Assembly: GCA_048128005.1 (NCBI GenBank)
Contig: JBEUKZ010000060.1
Coordinates: forward strand, 62,001-126,000
Reading direction: 5' to 3'
DNA from: Veleropilina oligotropha
Taxonomy: Eukaryota
DNA length: 64,000 nt
This document shows positions 14,036 through 26,589 of this stretch, one piece after another. Position numbers and translations under genes: made by a program. The notes beneath the pieces are model-generated. The model saw only the letters and a program-made list of their open reading frames with translations, had not been told where the DNA came from and made no database searches. The first letter of the stretch is position 1, and every line of letters begins with the position of its first letter.

Positions 14036-14181
14036 TGGTATGTCATTTCTTAGTGACAAGAAGGAACAGAAAAAGCAAAAAATGAAAAGCTACATAAATG
14101 CATTGAAGACGGTAACATCTGAGCCAGATGTAGACACCATCACCCTGCTGAAGAACATCCTGAAACGCTTGTCTGATCCAG
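14036..14181 (+). CDS. per: Period-like PAS protein, exon A (basic/helical N-terminal segment)
   Basis: Polypyrimidine TTTTAG acceptor and CAG|GTAAGT donor. Encodes GMSFLSDKKEQKKQKMKSYINALKTVTSEPDVDTITLLKNILKRLSDP and ends in phase 1. Resembles the K-rich K.YI..LK....TL..L..I helix of invertebrate PERIOD (from recollection, not searched). The ATG at 14040 may or may not be the start codon. Confidence 0.7.
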
Positions 14182-14274
14182 GTAAGTTAGCAGGGACACA
14201 TTTCTGGTCCATGACAATAACTGCCCTGTGGGGAGACGTATGGATGTCCGTGGGCTATCAATGACTATATCTTT

Positions 14275-15060
14275 TTCTCCCCTACCCTGAGGGAAGACAT
14301 ATTACTTTTGTGCCATCCGTCCGTCTGTCTGTCAAGCTTTTATTTCTGGACAATAATTGACGTCCCCTTTTAGCGATCATGCTCGTATATGGTACATGTT
14401 GCTTATGAGGTAAGGCCGCTTTGGATTGCTTCTCGGGTCGATACACAAAAGGTCATGTGATCCGTGACTAAAAATAGAATTTTGGGTCCGATTTGGTTTC
14501 CGGATGATAACTGCCCTTCATATTGTGTGCTCATGCCCATATTTGTAACACAGCTGGCTCATGAGGAGAGCATGCTTGGGATTCCATTTGAGGTCATTCA
14601 CTCAAAGGTCACATGACTTGTTGCTTAAAATAGAATTTTCGAGGATTTTGATTGCGATTTGCTTTCTGAACAATAACTACCATTCTTATTTAAGGAACAT
14701 GCTCATATTTCTAAGACAGTTTGCCTATAGGGAAAGGATGCTTGGGATTGCATTTGAGGTCAAAGGTCACATGACATGATTGTAAAAATAGAATTTCAAG
14801 CATATAGTTAGGTAAATTTGTTTGACGACCACTTTTTTGACCATTATTCAGCCTTATCATGGCCGGGACACCCGGTTTATGGTCTCTGTCCGATCTGACC
14901 GACATCCATTAGGGATACGTCTTCTATTAGTTTTAAGCATTATAATTTATCCACCCACATCATACCGTCCCACTTATAACGTTTTCCGACACTCTATCCA
15001 GTTGAGTTAACGTGGATTTCAAGCAGGGGAGACATTCCTGTTATTGAATAACAACATCTA
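14275..15060 (+). mobile_element. HINE-like element in intron A-B
   Basis: TTTTCTCCCCT...GGGAAGACATATT head, CCGT/CTGT microsatellite, ~150 bp internal repeats, GGGGAGACATT end. Confidence 0.55.
14818..15012 (-). mobile_element. Second, unrelated tRNA-derived SINE (degenerate)
   Basis: Minus strand starts TAACTCAACTGGATAGAGTG (A-box-like) and ends GTGGTCGTCAAACAAA; interrupts the HINE. Confidence 0.4.
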
Positions 15061-15119
15061 TTTTTATTTTATATTTCATATCAATGTATAGATAAGATAT
15101 CACTGCCATTCTATTGTAG

Positions 15120-15208
15120 GGAAAACCGCACTGCATGGAGAAGGTGTTGATGGCAATATCAAGGTCCGGGGCCCATCATTAGCTGCCAGCACAACAGCCC
15201 AGAGTCAG
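15120..15208 (+). CDS. per: Period-like PAS protein, exon B
   Basis: TTGTAG acceptor and CAG|GTGATC donor; phase 1 to phase 0 fits both neighbours; open frame GKTALHGEGVDGNIKVRGPSLAASTTAQSQ. Confidence 0.6.
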
Positions 15209-16218
15209 GTGATCATAACCTCATTAAGTAGCCTTTGTTTGTTTACAAAGAATATTATACAATTAACATCTCTTTGCATTTAGTTGAGCCACTAGATTAA
15301 TTTATTACAATGATACTGCGCAATACTGACATCATACTTGTTAAGATAGCTAGTCTTCACAGTTTGTAAAAATGGTCAGATATATATAGGAAACAATAAA
15401 ATTGAACGATATACAGTTGCCATACCACCTTATGTTGCCAATCTCCTGGTTTAGTATTTTTGTGAAGGGATTTTCTGTAAATTCAGTATTATATCTTTGA
15501 TGAACATGATGAAACACTATTTATTGACCTGTTTTAAATAGCTAGTATAAATCAATCTCTCGTGATGATAATCTGATATTTCTAAACCAAAAGCCAACTC
15601 TATGCAAGGTAATTTTATTCTCGGAAAGAAATCAATTCTGTTCAAAGATTTCAATATATTAAAAAGTCATTACTACTTGCACTGTTTCAGTATTCATATA
15701 CAATATATGTTGCGTTGGTTTGGTTTACAAAAGAGGGTAATTAGGTTGTATATATATAATCTCCGTAAGTGATCTGCCTAGGTCACAGTTACCTTTCATG
15801 TTTCATTTGATAACACACAATGAGCTCGTTATTTTAACAATTCTATTGGGCTTCGAAGTGACAGTTCCTCTATTGTTTCAGTTAAACATCAAAACAATGG
15901 GTTATGGGTTAACACTGGGCAGGAGGTGGTCTGTGACAATGGATTTGACAAGTTGCCAATGGAAGAGTCTACTCTCATATCATGCTCTAGAAAGCAATAT
16001 GATGGGCAATTACATGTCTTAAGGGGTTACAGCTTGCAATATACAATAGATTTCCATGGTGTGTATAACAGATAATAAACTGACACCCTTGGTGATATAC
16101 ACATAACAGCCTCGTTCGTATTTTTGTCGCAGTGTCTTATCTATTCCTTACTTCTAAGAAACAGTTTGACTTCAGTGATCTGAAACACTTTTCTGACTAA
16201 AGCATTTTCACATTTCAG

Positions 16219-16302
16219 AACCTTACTCTTGACCTGTTACCTGCAACAGGGATGATTATAGATGTATCCGAAAACATGGCTGCGATGCTGGGCTATGGCA
16301 AG
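16219..16302 (+). CDS. per: Period-like PAS protein, exon C (start of PAS-A)
   Basis: TTTCAG acceptor and AAG|GTGAGC donor; 28 codons NLTLDLLPATGMIIDVSENMAAMLGYGK, matching the PAS G.I..VSE.....LGY motif. Confidence 0.85.
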
Positions 16303-16632
16303 GTGAGCTTAATAATATTATTTTCACACTGTTTGTTGATACTGAACTCCATTGCGTAGATATACTATTATGATAGATGCCTTCGGAAGTCTGGGATTAC
16401 GCAAGGAAGCTTTGTAGAACTCCTGGTCTGTTCGTCAGGCATTGCTGTTGTGACTTTACACTCAGTCACATGACGATGTGTCAAATGACAGAAGATTGCT
16501 TTAGATAGCAGGTAGCTCATACCCTATCTATCATATGGATTTTGCTCTTATGATGTGTTTCATGGATAATCTTAAGTTAATGGTGTTTCAAATAGAAGGC
16601 GATTTTTCTGAATTTAATGTTTATTTTATCAG

Positions 16633-16714
16633 GAGGATTTGACTAATCACAAACTGGCCAACTTTGTTTTCGAAAAAGATCTACTGATATTGAAGAACGA
16701 GTTGCTTGTGAATG
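16633..16714 (+). CDS. per: Period-like PAS protein, exon D (PAS-A)
   Basis: TTATCAG acceptor and G|GTAAGT donor; EDLTNHKLANFVFEKDLLILKNELLVN continues the PAS fold (E.L.G.S...F.H..D pattern); ends in phase 1. Confidence 0.85.
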
Positions 16715-17056
16715 GTAAGTTGTATAGTTATCTTCACAAAGATCTACAGGTATTGGGGGATGTATTGTTTGTTTATTAAGAATTGTAATTTATACCGTAT
16801 GTTCCAAAAAGTCCTCATTTTGAACTTAGAAATAGATGACCACAAATTGATTTTTTGCCTCGCATGCAACGCAAATGTGAGTCTATGTACTGAGCATGTC
16901 GTCCGGCCGTTCGTCCGACCAGCGTCAACAATTTTGTTCGCCTGTTAAAGTTTTGCAATCATGCTATATAAGCAACAATATGCATGTTTTAGCATTACCA
17001 TATGTTTATAGATATCACTATTTCATTGTTATCTGACCATAAATAAATAATATTAA

Positions 17057-17941
17057 TCCTTTGGATGTTTGAACGACATATCTGTCGCCCCCGTATGCTT
17101 GTTAGAACGACATATGTGTCACTTTCAACGTCATTGTTACTACATTGATTTGTATGAGTAATTTTGATTGGTTCCCATTCAAGACACTGACCAATCATAT
17201 ATCGTCTGTCATTTATGGGTATGGTATGACATTCTGAAGTGCAGAATGCATGTCATTGTACAGAAACAAATGAAACTAAGCGAAAACGCACGTGCATCAC
17301 AAACCCGGAAAAAAAAAATGGCGGACCGTGATGTTGGTGTTAGAAAAAAACTTTACGCTGTTGACGATGTGATAGAACAATTATATCAAGATGAATCTAT
17401 TGATGATTCTGGAAGTGACATTAGTATAGATAATGATGAGAGCGACGATAGTTCAAATGATGATTCGGACGATGACGTCGATGATCAACGTCATGTTGGC
17501 GCACACAATATGAGTGACAGTGGTGACAACTCAGACAACAGTGACATTGGTATTTCTAATAACGGTCGTAATAATGCAGGACAAAACTGGACTGTAATAA
17601 GTCGGCCGAGATTGGATAAAGCTTCAATAAATATAGTTCTATCGTAGGCTGCCAACAGGGCCAAAAAATTGCCTACCATAGATGCAAAAGCCAACCAGTA
17701 TTTTGAGCTATTATTAGCGTTACCATACGTTGGTCAACTACAAAATATATAAAAAGGACAACAACTGTTTGTATCCAATGATTTTATTGTGCAGTTGATA
17801 AGAAGATGTAATTACACGAATAAAACTATTTCTTATTGACATAAAATGTCTTATTACAATAATTACATATAAAACCACTATTTCCCAATATAAATTAACA
17901 TTTTCAGTATTGTTTAAAAATAATATTAAACATTCAAAGGG
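17057..17941 (+). mobile_element. Internally deleted piggyBac element
   Basis: TTAA on both sides (17053-56, 17942-45); TIRs TCCTTTGGATGTTT / AAACATTCAAAGGG. Contains an acidic N-terminal ORF (17168..17647) followed by an ANQYFELL segment, as in piggyBac transposase N-termini. Confidence 0.75.
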
Positions 17942-19456
17942 TTAAAGATAATTTAATTCAAATTTTACCATAAAATGCTGCTTTTGGACTAAAGTTTCTC
18001 AAGCATGCTATATATGCAACAATAGCATACTTTGGCATCTTCCTTTGTCAGATATCACTATTTCATTGTCATCTAACCCTAGAGTAGAAATTTTGAAAGC
18101 AATTTAATTGAAATTTTGCATATAATTAACCATTTTGGACTTTTGGACTTTATAAAACTTTTTATATGCTTTACACAGGGATGAGAATCTTCAGGGTCGA
18201 TATTGTGAAACGTCCAAATCCGATGAGATATTTAAGGGGGGTGAGGTCTTTATTTTTGAAAATAGTATCATAAAAATTACTTCAGTAGTAAAATGATAAT
18301 AATTTTATATATCTTGTATTTTCTTATAAACTACCCACCTTCAGTTCAGATATCAACTGCATTTATTAGCAGTTAGCCGTTTTGACTTGGTACGAACCCG
18401 TTCTTAGATGCATTTTTATTCAATACCAAATGTAAATGCCGATTTAAACTCGGAAACGTTCGGATATTTTGGGGATTTCCGACCCTTTAGTTTTTCGACT
18501 ATCGTATCGTTTCGTATATTTCTGGGCACCATGCATTTGACATTGGAAATACCAGAATGGTTTGCACGCTTCAATATCAATATCGATTGGATAAAAGGTG
18601 ACGTCTCTCTCAATTTTTATCCGATCACAGACTTCGTTAGTAACAGCCTATGCTTGGATATTTTTAGGGCGACGAAGCAATAGTGACAAAGATGTTTGAA
18701 GCAAATGTCGCTGGTCTTGGCTAGACAAATGCAAGACAGTGACGTTAAGTGTCAAAATCGGTAACAACACGGAAGAAGTTGAAAAATTATCGGCTTATGT
18801 AGCGAAATGTGACCTTCCAGGAAAAGCGCGTTGCACATACGGCATTGATGTTTTAAACTACGCTTCTCACGGCTGTGACATTATTAGATCGGCGTATAAG
18901 CACTCGTAGTCTCTGAAGATAATATAAGTACTATGGAATATTTTAAATTTAAAAAAATGTGGCTCAAAACAATTTATTGTACATCGCAATATTTAAATGA
19001 TTGCTACTATAATTGTTTGTGGTTTGTGGTTAGAGTTTCTCAATCATGCTATATAAGCAACAACAATATGCATGTTTTAACATTAAACAAGAACGACGCG
19101 TTCGGAATATGTCTTGACCTTTCTTTATTTCCGTCAAATTTTCATAACAGTTATAACGTTACAATGGCTAAGTGCAAGTACTTCATGGTTTAATTTACTA
19201 CCCCGTCGATTGTGACGTCACCAAATGACGACGTCACCAAATGACGATTAATCTAAAGCGACGTCGTAATGACGTCATTGCTATTTGCTTGCAATATTAG
19301 ACATATGTTATATACAAACATGCTTAAAAGTGCCTAATAAATGCATATTTTTGCAATATTGTGTCGCGAAAGTTATATACACGGCCTACAAATACTCGTG
19401 GGAATATGTGTACCAATTTTGGTGAAAATTGAGCCGGTAGTTTTCGAGAAAATCAG

Positions 19457-19492
<36 letters not shown>

Positions 19493-19844
19493 TATATAAG
19501 TATATAAGTATATATGTATATACACACGGACCATTTGATAATGTCTTGTCAAGACATAAAAATGTGTTACATATATCACTATTTCATTGTTACCTGGCCC
19601 TAAATATATAATATTGAAATAATATAATTTAAATTTTAGGATAAAATTTCAATTTTAAACTTAGAAATTTTCATTAAAGCTTTTGGTTAAAGTTTCTCAA
19701 GCATGCTATATGTGGAACAATAGGCATACTTTTGCATCGTTCTTTGTCATATATCACCATGTCATTGTCATCTAACCCTCGAGTAGAAATATTGAGAGAA
19801 ATTTAATTGAAATTTACCCATAAATTACCACTTTTGGACTTCTT

Positions 19845-20107
19845 GGCCGCTTCGGCAGCGCAGTGGGTAGAGTGTCCACTCTAAATTCACTGGCTTGATT
19901 CCGCTAATGCGAACAGTAGTGGGTTCAATACCTGGCTGAGGCATTGAAATTTGTTCAAGTTATGAATCACAGTTGTCCGTGACTGACCGAAGAGGGCGGG
20001 TTTACCCGGGAGACCGGGGTTTCCTCTCGCGATAACACGGACATGTCCTGCCTTGAACCTCGATGTTGTAAATATAAAGGATATTAAGCATCATTCCTCC
20101 TCCTCCT
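19845..20107 (+). mobile_element. tRNA-derived SINE, full length, (TCC)n tail subfamily
   Basis: A-box GGCAGCGCAGTGG, B-box GGTTCAATACC, central GGGTTTACCCGGG.GACCGGGGTTTCCTC domain; TSD CCACTTTTGGACTT. Confidence 0.9.
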
Positions 20108-21044
20108 CCACTTTTGGACTTGGAAATCTACTATTGAATGTGAATACAATATGAAATATAAGTGATTGATGTGCATTTTCATGCATGCTATCCATTTCAA
20201 GCTTTTGCTCTTGTCTTTTATAATATTACTTTGGGACTCCTCTAGTAGCTTGAAATATTTTTGATCACAACTGTCATAAGATGTAACATTGTAAAAGAAA
20301 ATGTTTAGTTCTTCATATTGTGTCACTACTATGGTAATATATGCAGATAATATGGCAATATTCAAGACATAAATTGACTCTGAACATGCCTGAAATGCTC
20401 TCTCCAGCCTTGTAGGTTTCAAAAAATTTCGGGGGGGGGGGGGGGAATCCCACGAATCCCCCTTACGGCTCCACCCCTCTCGTGGTCTTCCTTGTCGGGC
20501 CTTCGGCCCTCCATGTTTGGATTTTCAGCTGAAAATAACTTTTGCCATTCCCATATATATATGTTTATATGTCTATTTCAAATTGACAATGTCATCTACT
20601 ATTGAATGTAGACACAATACTCATGAAATATAAGTGATTGATGCGCAGTTCCACGCATGCGATCCATTTTGAGCATTTGCTCTTGTTATCTGTTGGTTTC
20701 AAGTGATAACATAGTGAAAAGGTTTTAACTGGATATTGAAATGTTTTTTTGACATTTTGACTTCTCACGTAATGATCTTGTTGGCCACAGGGTAATTCTG
20801 GCGAACGTTGATGCTTCTCTTGGCTGCGCATTTGCGCACTTCCGCATAGACCAAAACAACACAAATTTGAGAACTTGCTCTGGAAGAAAACATCGAAACC
20901 TAACATCACCAAGGCTGAACGCTTCGCACTCCAATGCTTGAAAAGGATAATTATGTCATGATCCTCCCAGCAGGTATAGGCAAAGGCTCCTCCCAGCAGG
21001 TATAGGCAAAGGCACTGTCATCATTCCTTTCACCATTTATAAGG

Positions 21045-21305
21045 GGCCGCTTCGGCAGCGCAGTGGGTAGAGTGTCCACTCTAGATTCACTGGCTTGATT
21101 CCGCTAATGCGAACAGTAGTGGGTTCAATACCTGGCTGAGGCATTGAAATTTGTTCAAGTTATGAATCACAGTTGTACGTGACTGGCCGAAGAGGGCGGG
21201 TTTACCCGGGCGACCGGGGTTTCCTCCCGCGATAACACGGACATGTCCTGCCTTGAACCTCGATGTTGTAAATATACAGGACATTAAGCATCATTCCTCC
21301 CTCCT
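21045..21305 (+). mobile_element. tRNA-derived SINE, full length
   Basis: Nearly identical to the 19845 copy; TSD CCATTTATAAGG. Confidence 0.9.
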
Positions 21306-21317
21306 CCATTTATAAGG

Positions 21318-21625
21318 ACAGGATGTCTTGCCTTCTCTATGACAGAAATACTTACCTACTTCTCAACCTACTTCATCAACGTGCCTATCGACATAGCACT
21401 CGGCTCTCCTTGCTAACGACACGCTTTCATCGGGATGTCAGCTCACTGTTAAACAGATCATGTCCTTACTATATCTCTGTCTGAACACTACATATTTTGT
21501 ATATGATGATGTCTTCTACCAGATGACCCATGGTGTGGCAATGGTTTCCCAGTGTCACCACTTGTATGCAATCTCTTCATGGACACATAGCTCTGTCCAC
21601 CTCGCCTGTCAGCCCATGTACATTT
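21318..21625 (+). pseudogene. Penelope-like element RT, left part
   Basis: F.NVP..IMSLLYLCLNTTYFVYDDVFYQMTHGVAM motifs; ends P-M-Y-I just before the HINE insertion. Confidence 0.8.
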
Positions 21626-22293
21626 ATTATTTATTATACCCCCATAACGAAGTTAGGGGGGTATATTGGAATCACCTTGTCTGTCCATCTGTTTGTCCAC
21701 ACTATTCCTCCCAACCTGCTGAGCAGAATTCATCGACACTTGGCATACATGATCACTACATCATGTAGTTTTTACCTGAGACAAATTTTCCCAGTTGGAC
21801 CTTTGATCTTGTCGTAGGGACCTCTGGACTTATAATCATTTTCTGTTATTAACTTGTTCGGACCACTCCTCCCAACCTGCTCGGAATATTTCATCGACAC
21901 TTGGCATACATGCTCACTACATCATGTAGTTGTGCAACTGCGACAAATTTTCCCGGTATGACCTTTGACTTTGACATAGTGACCCCTGGGGCCGTATTTA
22001 TAAAGAATCTTAAGTTGTTAAGAATTCTTAACTCTAAGGATTTTCTTATAATAGCTGCTTTTTACTCTTAACACTAAGAAATTTCTTAGAATAGCTAATA
22101 TTAGTTACAAACTTACCGTTACGTATTCATAGGGGTCATAATAGTTATGCTATTGCTAATTCCGGAAATAGTGGAATCGCATTGCACCATTTATAGGAAA
22201 GGAACACATTACGGCACACACCCTGACCTCTCCCCTGTCAATCAAACCTTAAGTTCAGTGACCGGCGGCCTCCGACGTCACGTGAGGTCAAGA

Positions 22294-23560
22294 CAGTGTT
22301 TGTAACTCGTCGGGTTTTCCGACGAAAATCGGATTCGGACAATTTTGTCGGATATCGTCGGATTTGCGTGATTTTACGTCTTATGCGTCGGGATTTGATA
22401 CATTTCCCACTAACTTTAAAATTATTACAATTAAAATACAAATACTAGTACGTAAATACTCCGTACATTCCATATGCCAAATATTACGATAATTGTGTTC
22501 CTGATATTTAATCAAACTTGATTTTCTGACATCGTACAAGGGCCGATTTGTACAAGGCTTCTGCCGTACAATTTCCCGATGCTTTTTGTTTATATTGTCC
22601 GTCTTTTCCCGATGAATCTTTGTCAGCTCGTTTACTTCCGTAATCAATTCATTACCATTGAAACAATGCTCTGGGAAGAGTGCTTTCGTGGTTACCTCCC
22701 CTGACAGCACGCTATTTTAAGCTGGAGTGAAAGTTCGGCGATTCAATGTAGCATCAACTTATTCCGTTATCGAAAACTTTATTTAAAATTATAAAGCATC
22801 GTCTCTCACATGAAATAAAATAATGTACAATCATAAGTCAAAATTTAAAAAAATAATTTATTTAACACACTCTCGCGTGATAGGGCCGTGCGCGAATTTG
22901 AAAGCTGAAGTAAAAATGGGTTTACACTCCTGGGCCCCGTTTCACAAAAAATCGTAGACGTAGTCGTAAATGTAATAGAATCTTACGACAATTTTTGATT
23001 GGTTGTTTAAGTTTAACAGCCAGTCAAAAATTTGTAGTAAGATTCTATTACGTCTACGACTACGTCTACGAATTTTTGTGAAACGGGGCCCAGCTCCAGA
23101 TTTATTGCAGACGGTCGACCCAAATGGTGGTTTGTATGGTGATTTGATTGTGAAAAAGACTCATTTAACGTAACTTGTGTGTTTTGTATGTCAAATATAT
23201 GCATTAAAGAGGGTGAAAAGGCACTTTACAATTAAATTTTGATGTGTGGTGTCGCAATAATTGTACAAACATATCAATACCGAGTTGAGCTTGGTTGCAG
23301 AAGTTGTGAGCATTACATGTATTACTGCGTTTTGGTAAGAAAACAGCAAAAATGAACCATTTAATTGAAAAACTTTAATGTGCATGTGCTAACCTTGTAA
23401 AATATATAAAATTTATACTAAGTATTTGAGTGAAATATGCCTGAAGTGCCAGGAAACACCATTTTATAAGGTATATTTGTCAAAATTTCCTTCACCGCGG
23501 GGAACCATGGGCCCCGCGGTGAAAAGTAGGATATTTATGTTGTCAATGTTACAAACACTG
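22294..23560. mobile_element. Non-autonomous hAT-like element inserted in the DIRS left ITR
   Basis: 13-bp TIR CAGTGTTTGTAAC / GTTACAAACACTG; TSD TCAAGA (or GTCAAGAC if the terminal C/G belong to the target). The right ITR shows the empty site. Confidence 0.85.
22933..23090. mobile_element. Palindromic Harbinger/Tourist-type MITE
   Basis: 158 bp near-perfect fold-back GGCCCCGTTTCACAAAAA...TTTTTGTGAAACGGGGCC flanked by CTG/CAG. Confidence 0.85.
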
Positions 23561-24363
23561 TCAAGACCTGATTATCGCCCCGCCCCTTGTCAGTTTCAGT
23601 TTTCCGCTGTGCTGATCACAAGTGTTAAGCAAAGCTCTGGTCTTTCGACAATTTATCTAAGTTCCCTTACGTTTGGATTACATCTCAAACTTGGAATATA
23701 TATATATGAGTGTGGTGGAATCAGAGATCTTAAGTTTCATTGAGTCCTGTGGAAGAATTTCCAACGGAAAGTGTCAATTCTTCAGAAGTGAAGCAAAAAT
23801 CAAAGAACGCCATTTATTGCTGAAATCGACATCAAAGGAGCCGCTCGGGGTTTCGTTGCTCGAAGTTTCGCCGCTCGGGTGATATCAATTTCTTGTTGTT
23901 GTTTTCTGTATTATCTAATATAATATTGCTTGAATTTGCAAATCAATTCATATGTAAAACTATATTGGATAATCACCTTAGTGACGTTTCTTGCAAGATT
24001 TTCTTATAATTAAAATTTACGTCGCTAAAAAGCAGATTTTTTAGGTTTAACGTGTGTCGGGTAAATCTGCTGAGACTGGGAAAAATGCTGCCTACCTAAT
24101 CTTTTGAATTTAAACAACAAGTGATTCAGGTGTTTTGGGGGCGGTTTTCGAAAAAGAAAACGTCTTTATTCAGTTGCGTCTAAAGTCGCAAAAGTCGCAA
24201 CCGTTCTCCCAGTCAGGAGTTGTAAGTGTTATATTCATTTCCCTTATCCTTCTCTGCGGATATGGTACACTTAGTAAGTTGTAGTAGCCTATTCACGCAT
24301 CGCAGCTACCAGTGAATTACTCCTACCCTCCTTGCCCTATTCCGTCCTTCCGTGTAGTCAGCC

Positions 24364-26551
24364 ATGGGCCGTTGCAGCGTACCCAACTGTACTCGGAAGA
24401 TGAACGGGTTTGATAAGTACTCGGATTGCCGCCTACATCGTAATTGTTCACGAAATCATCGTTGTGCTATATGTACCTCGTGGACGGATCGTCAATGGGC
24501 CATCGTGTACCTGGAATATAAGGCGACCAGGGTCTCTTCATCTTCCGAGGTTTCCCCTGGGATACAGACTGTTGATAAGTATACTAACTCTCTTTCCTTG
24601 TCTGTTCCAGGGACGCTTGTCGGCAGTCATGAAAGGACCTTGTCTGCCGTCGGATCCCACGGCGTAAGTTCCGTAATTCAAGGGGCTGGAGTCGCGGAAT
24701 ATTCGCCGTCGCCCTTGAGCAGTTCGTTCCACCTCAATCGGGTCTAGTATCCGTGTCCGACAGTACCTTGCCGGCCTGCAAGGTACAACGGGCGTATCGG
24801 AAAACGACTGAAGAGGGCATTGCCTTGCCCTGGGTTTCCTTCGGCCTCGAAGAATACAGGTAACGCTAGTCCTTCTGTGGCGAGCTCCCTGTCGTTAGAC
24901 AGCCAGCAACCCAAAGAAAAAGTCTGTATAGACGCCAGGCACCCTAGTGGTTCACAAAGCACCAGACACCCGATGAAACCCATCCTGCTGACCGTAATCG
25001 ATGTAGTTAGCCCCTGTGCTATGCTCATGGATTACGGAGCTCGCGGCAGTGATGGACGGCCCGATGCCTCTCACATGGCCTTTGGGTCGTTGCCGGGCAT
25101 CGGGGACGGACCGGCTGTGTTCGGCTCGGTAGGGCACGTTGCGCTGCACGTACTACCACTGAACAGAGCGGTAGACCTGATTGGACTGTGGCTGCAGTCT
25201 GTCGGGCCGCCCGCTGCAGTGAGCGTGCCTTTTGCACGATTCCCTGTAGGCGACCGCTCGGTACGAGCCTCGAGATCCTGGTTCTCGAACGCTCCCGCCT
25301 ATACAGCCCGTCCACCAGTTGCCACGGTGACCTCGAGTGAACCACAGGCTGTTGGTTCGATACCCTTCATGCCTCCGGGCTTCTCTTTCGAGAATGTTCA
25401 GGCCATGATTGCGGCGGAAGTAGAGTCCCGTTGTAGGTACTGGCTACCGGTTTCTGCCCGTGGCACAGAGCAAGACTCCTGTTATAGCGATGGACATCGA
25501 TTCTCGTTCCGACGAGAGCGACGCCTGCAATCGCTCCGATCTCTCTGAGTCGGTCGGTACTGTAGACTCGCAGAGTCTCGCAGGCAATCAGGAGCCGACC
25601 TCCACCACCCGCCGGAGGTACGACGCGGGTGCATCTCTCCGCAGGGTGCTTGCACTGGAAGATCTGACGCCGTCGATTACATCCAGAGCCAAGCACAGGA
25701 CGGCGGCACAGCGCTTTACTGAGTCGGAAGCTCCCCTGCTTCTCGTACTCCCCCAGTCCGGATTAGTCGACCTCGTCCTCGACTCTATGACTAAGTTCGT
25801 ACAGGGAGGTAAAGCGTTGGAGACCTCCTCCTTGATGGAGTACCCTTCGGGTCTCCGCAAGGGGAAGTACCTCGGGTCTAACAAGCGTCGGTTACCGATA
25901 GCTTGCGATGGACCTTGCCTGGCGACTGAGCCCGCTAGGGTCGACGCTGCCTTGCGCCGACTTTGGACCAGTCAGACTCCCTCGTTGGTAAAGGTTCCAT
26001 GGGCCACCATGGAAACCTTTGAGAACTCGGCCCGACGGGCTCTGCGGCTTATCTCCGTACAGGATTTCTTCCTAAACGGGGCGATAGCTGCCCTACAGCA
26101 GGATGGACCCGACGCTCGCAAGACCGGCCTGTCTTTCCTGCACGAGATTGCTGCCACCATGGAGGATGGATCGATGGAAACGGGATGACTCCTGAGCAAT
26201 GCGCTCCTACTCCGTAGGGACGCTTGCTTGGAGTGGACATCGATAGATGACGCCGCCCGGTGCTCACTTCGATGTACACCTCTGTCGGCCTCTATCCTCA
26301 TTGGAGACGAATTCTCCAAATTTGTTGACAAGAGGGCGGCCGAACTTAAGGACCATGCCATCGAGAAGGCAGTGCTGGCTACCCCCCGGGGTCCACCTGC
26401 TTCCTCGAAGAAGCGCTCGGCTCCACCTCGGAGTCATAAGCCTTCAAAGCATGCCAAACCTAGTGGCGGGCCGTCGGCCGATAAGTCCACAAAGACGGCT
26501 CCTCCATCGAAGTCCCGTCATAGCGAGACAGGGAAGCGTGCTCGGCCCTAG
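24364..26551 (+). pseudogene. DIRS gag-like ORF1 (disrupted)
   Basis: Cys/His-rich N-terminus MGRCSVPNC..D...C..H..C...C..C..W, then Ser/Pro-rich and helical regions over ORFs 24364, 24820, 25460 and 26228; broken by stops and frameshifts. Confidence 0.75.
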
Positions 26552-26589
26552 GGTTGCCGGCACTTGCGACAAACTCAGCTGCGCGCCCC

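Noticed and set aside
15882..16075. Possible extra exon after a TTTCAG acceptor; one frame (NNGLW...VVCDNGFD) is faintly SRCR-like
   Set aside because: No convincing phase-compatible donor; exons B and C already join in frame; the similarity is too weak.
17168..17647. Acidic 159-aa ORF as a host gene
   Set aside because: Lies between piggyBac TIRs and TTAA sites; transposase N-terminal remnant.
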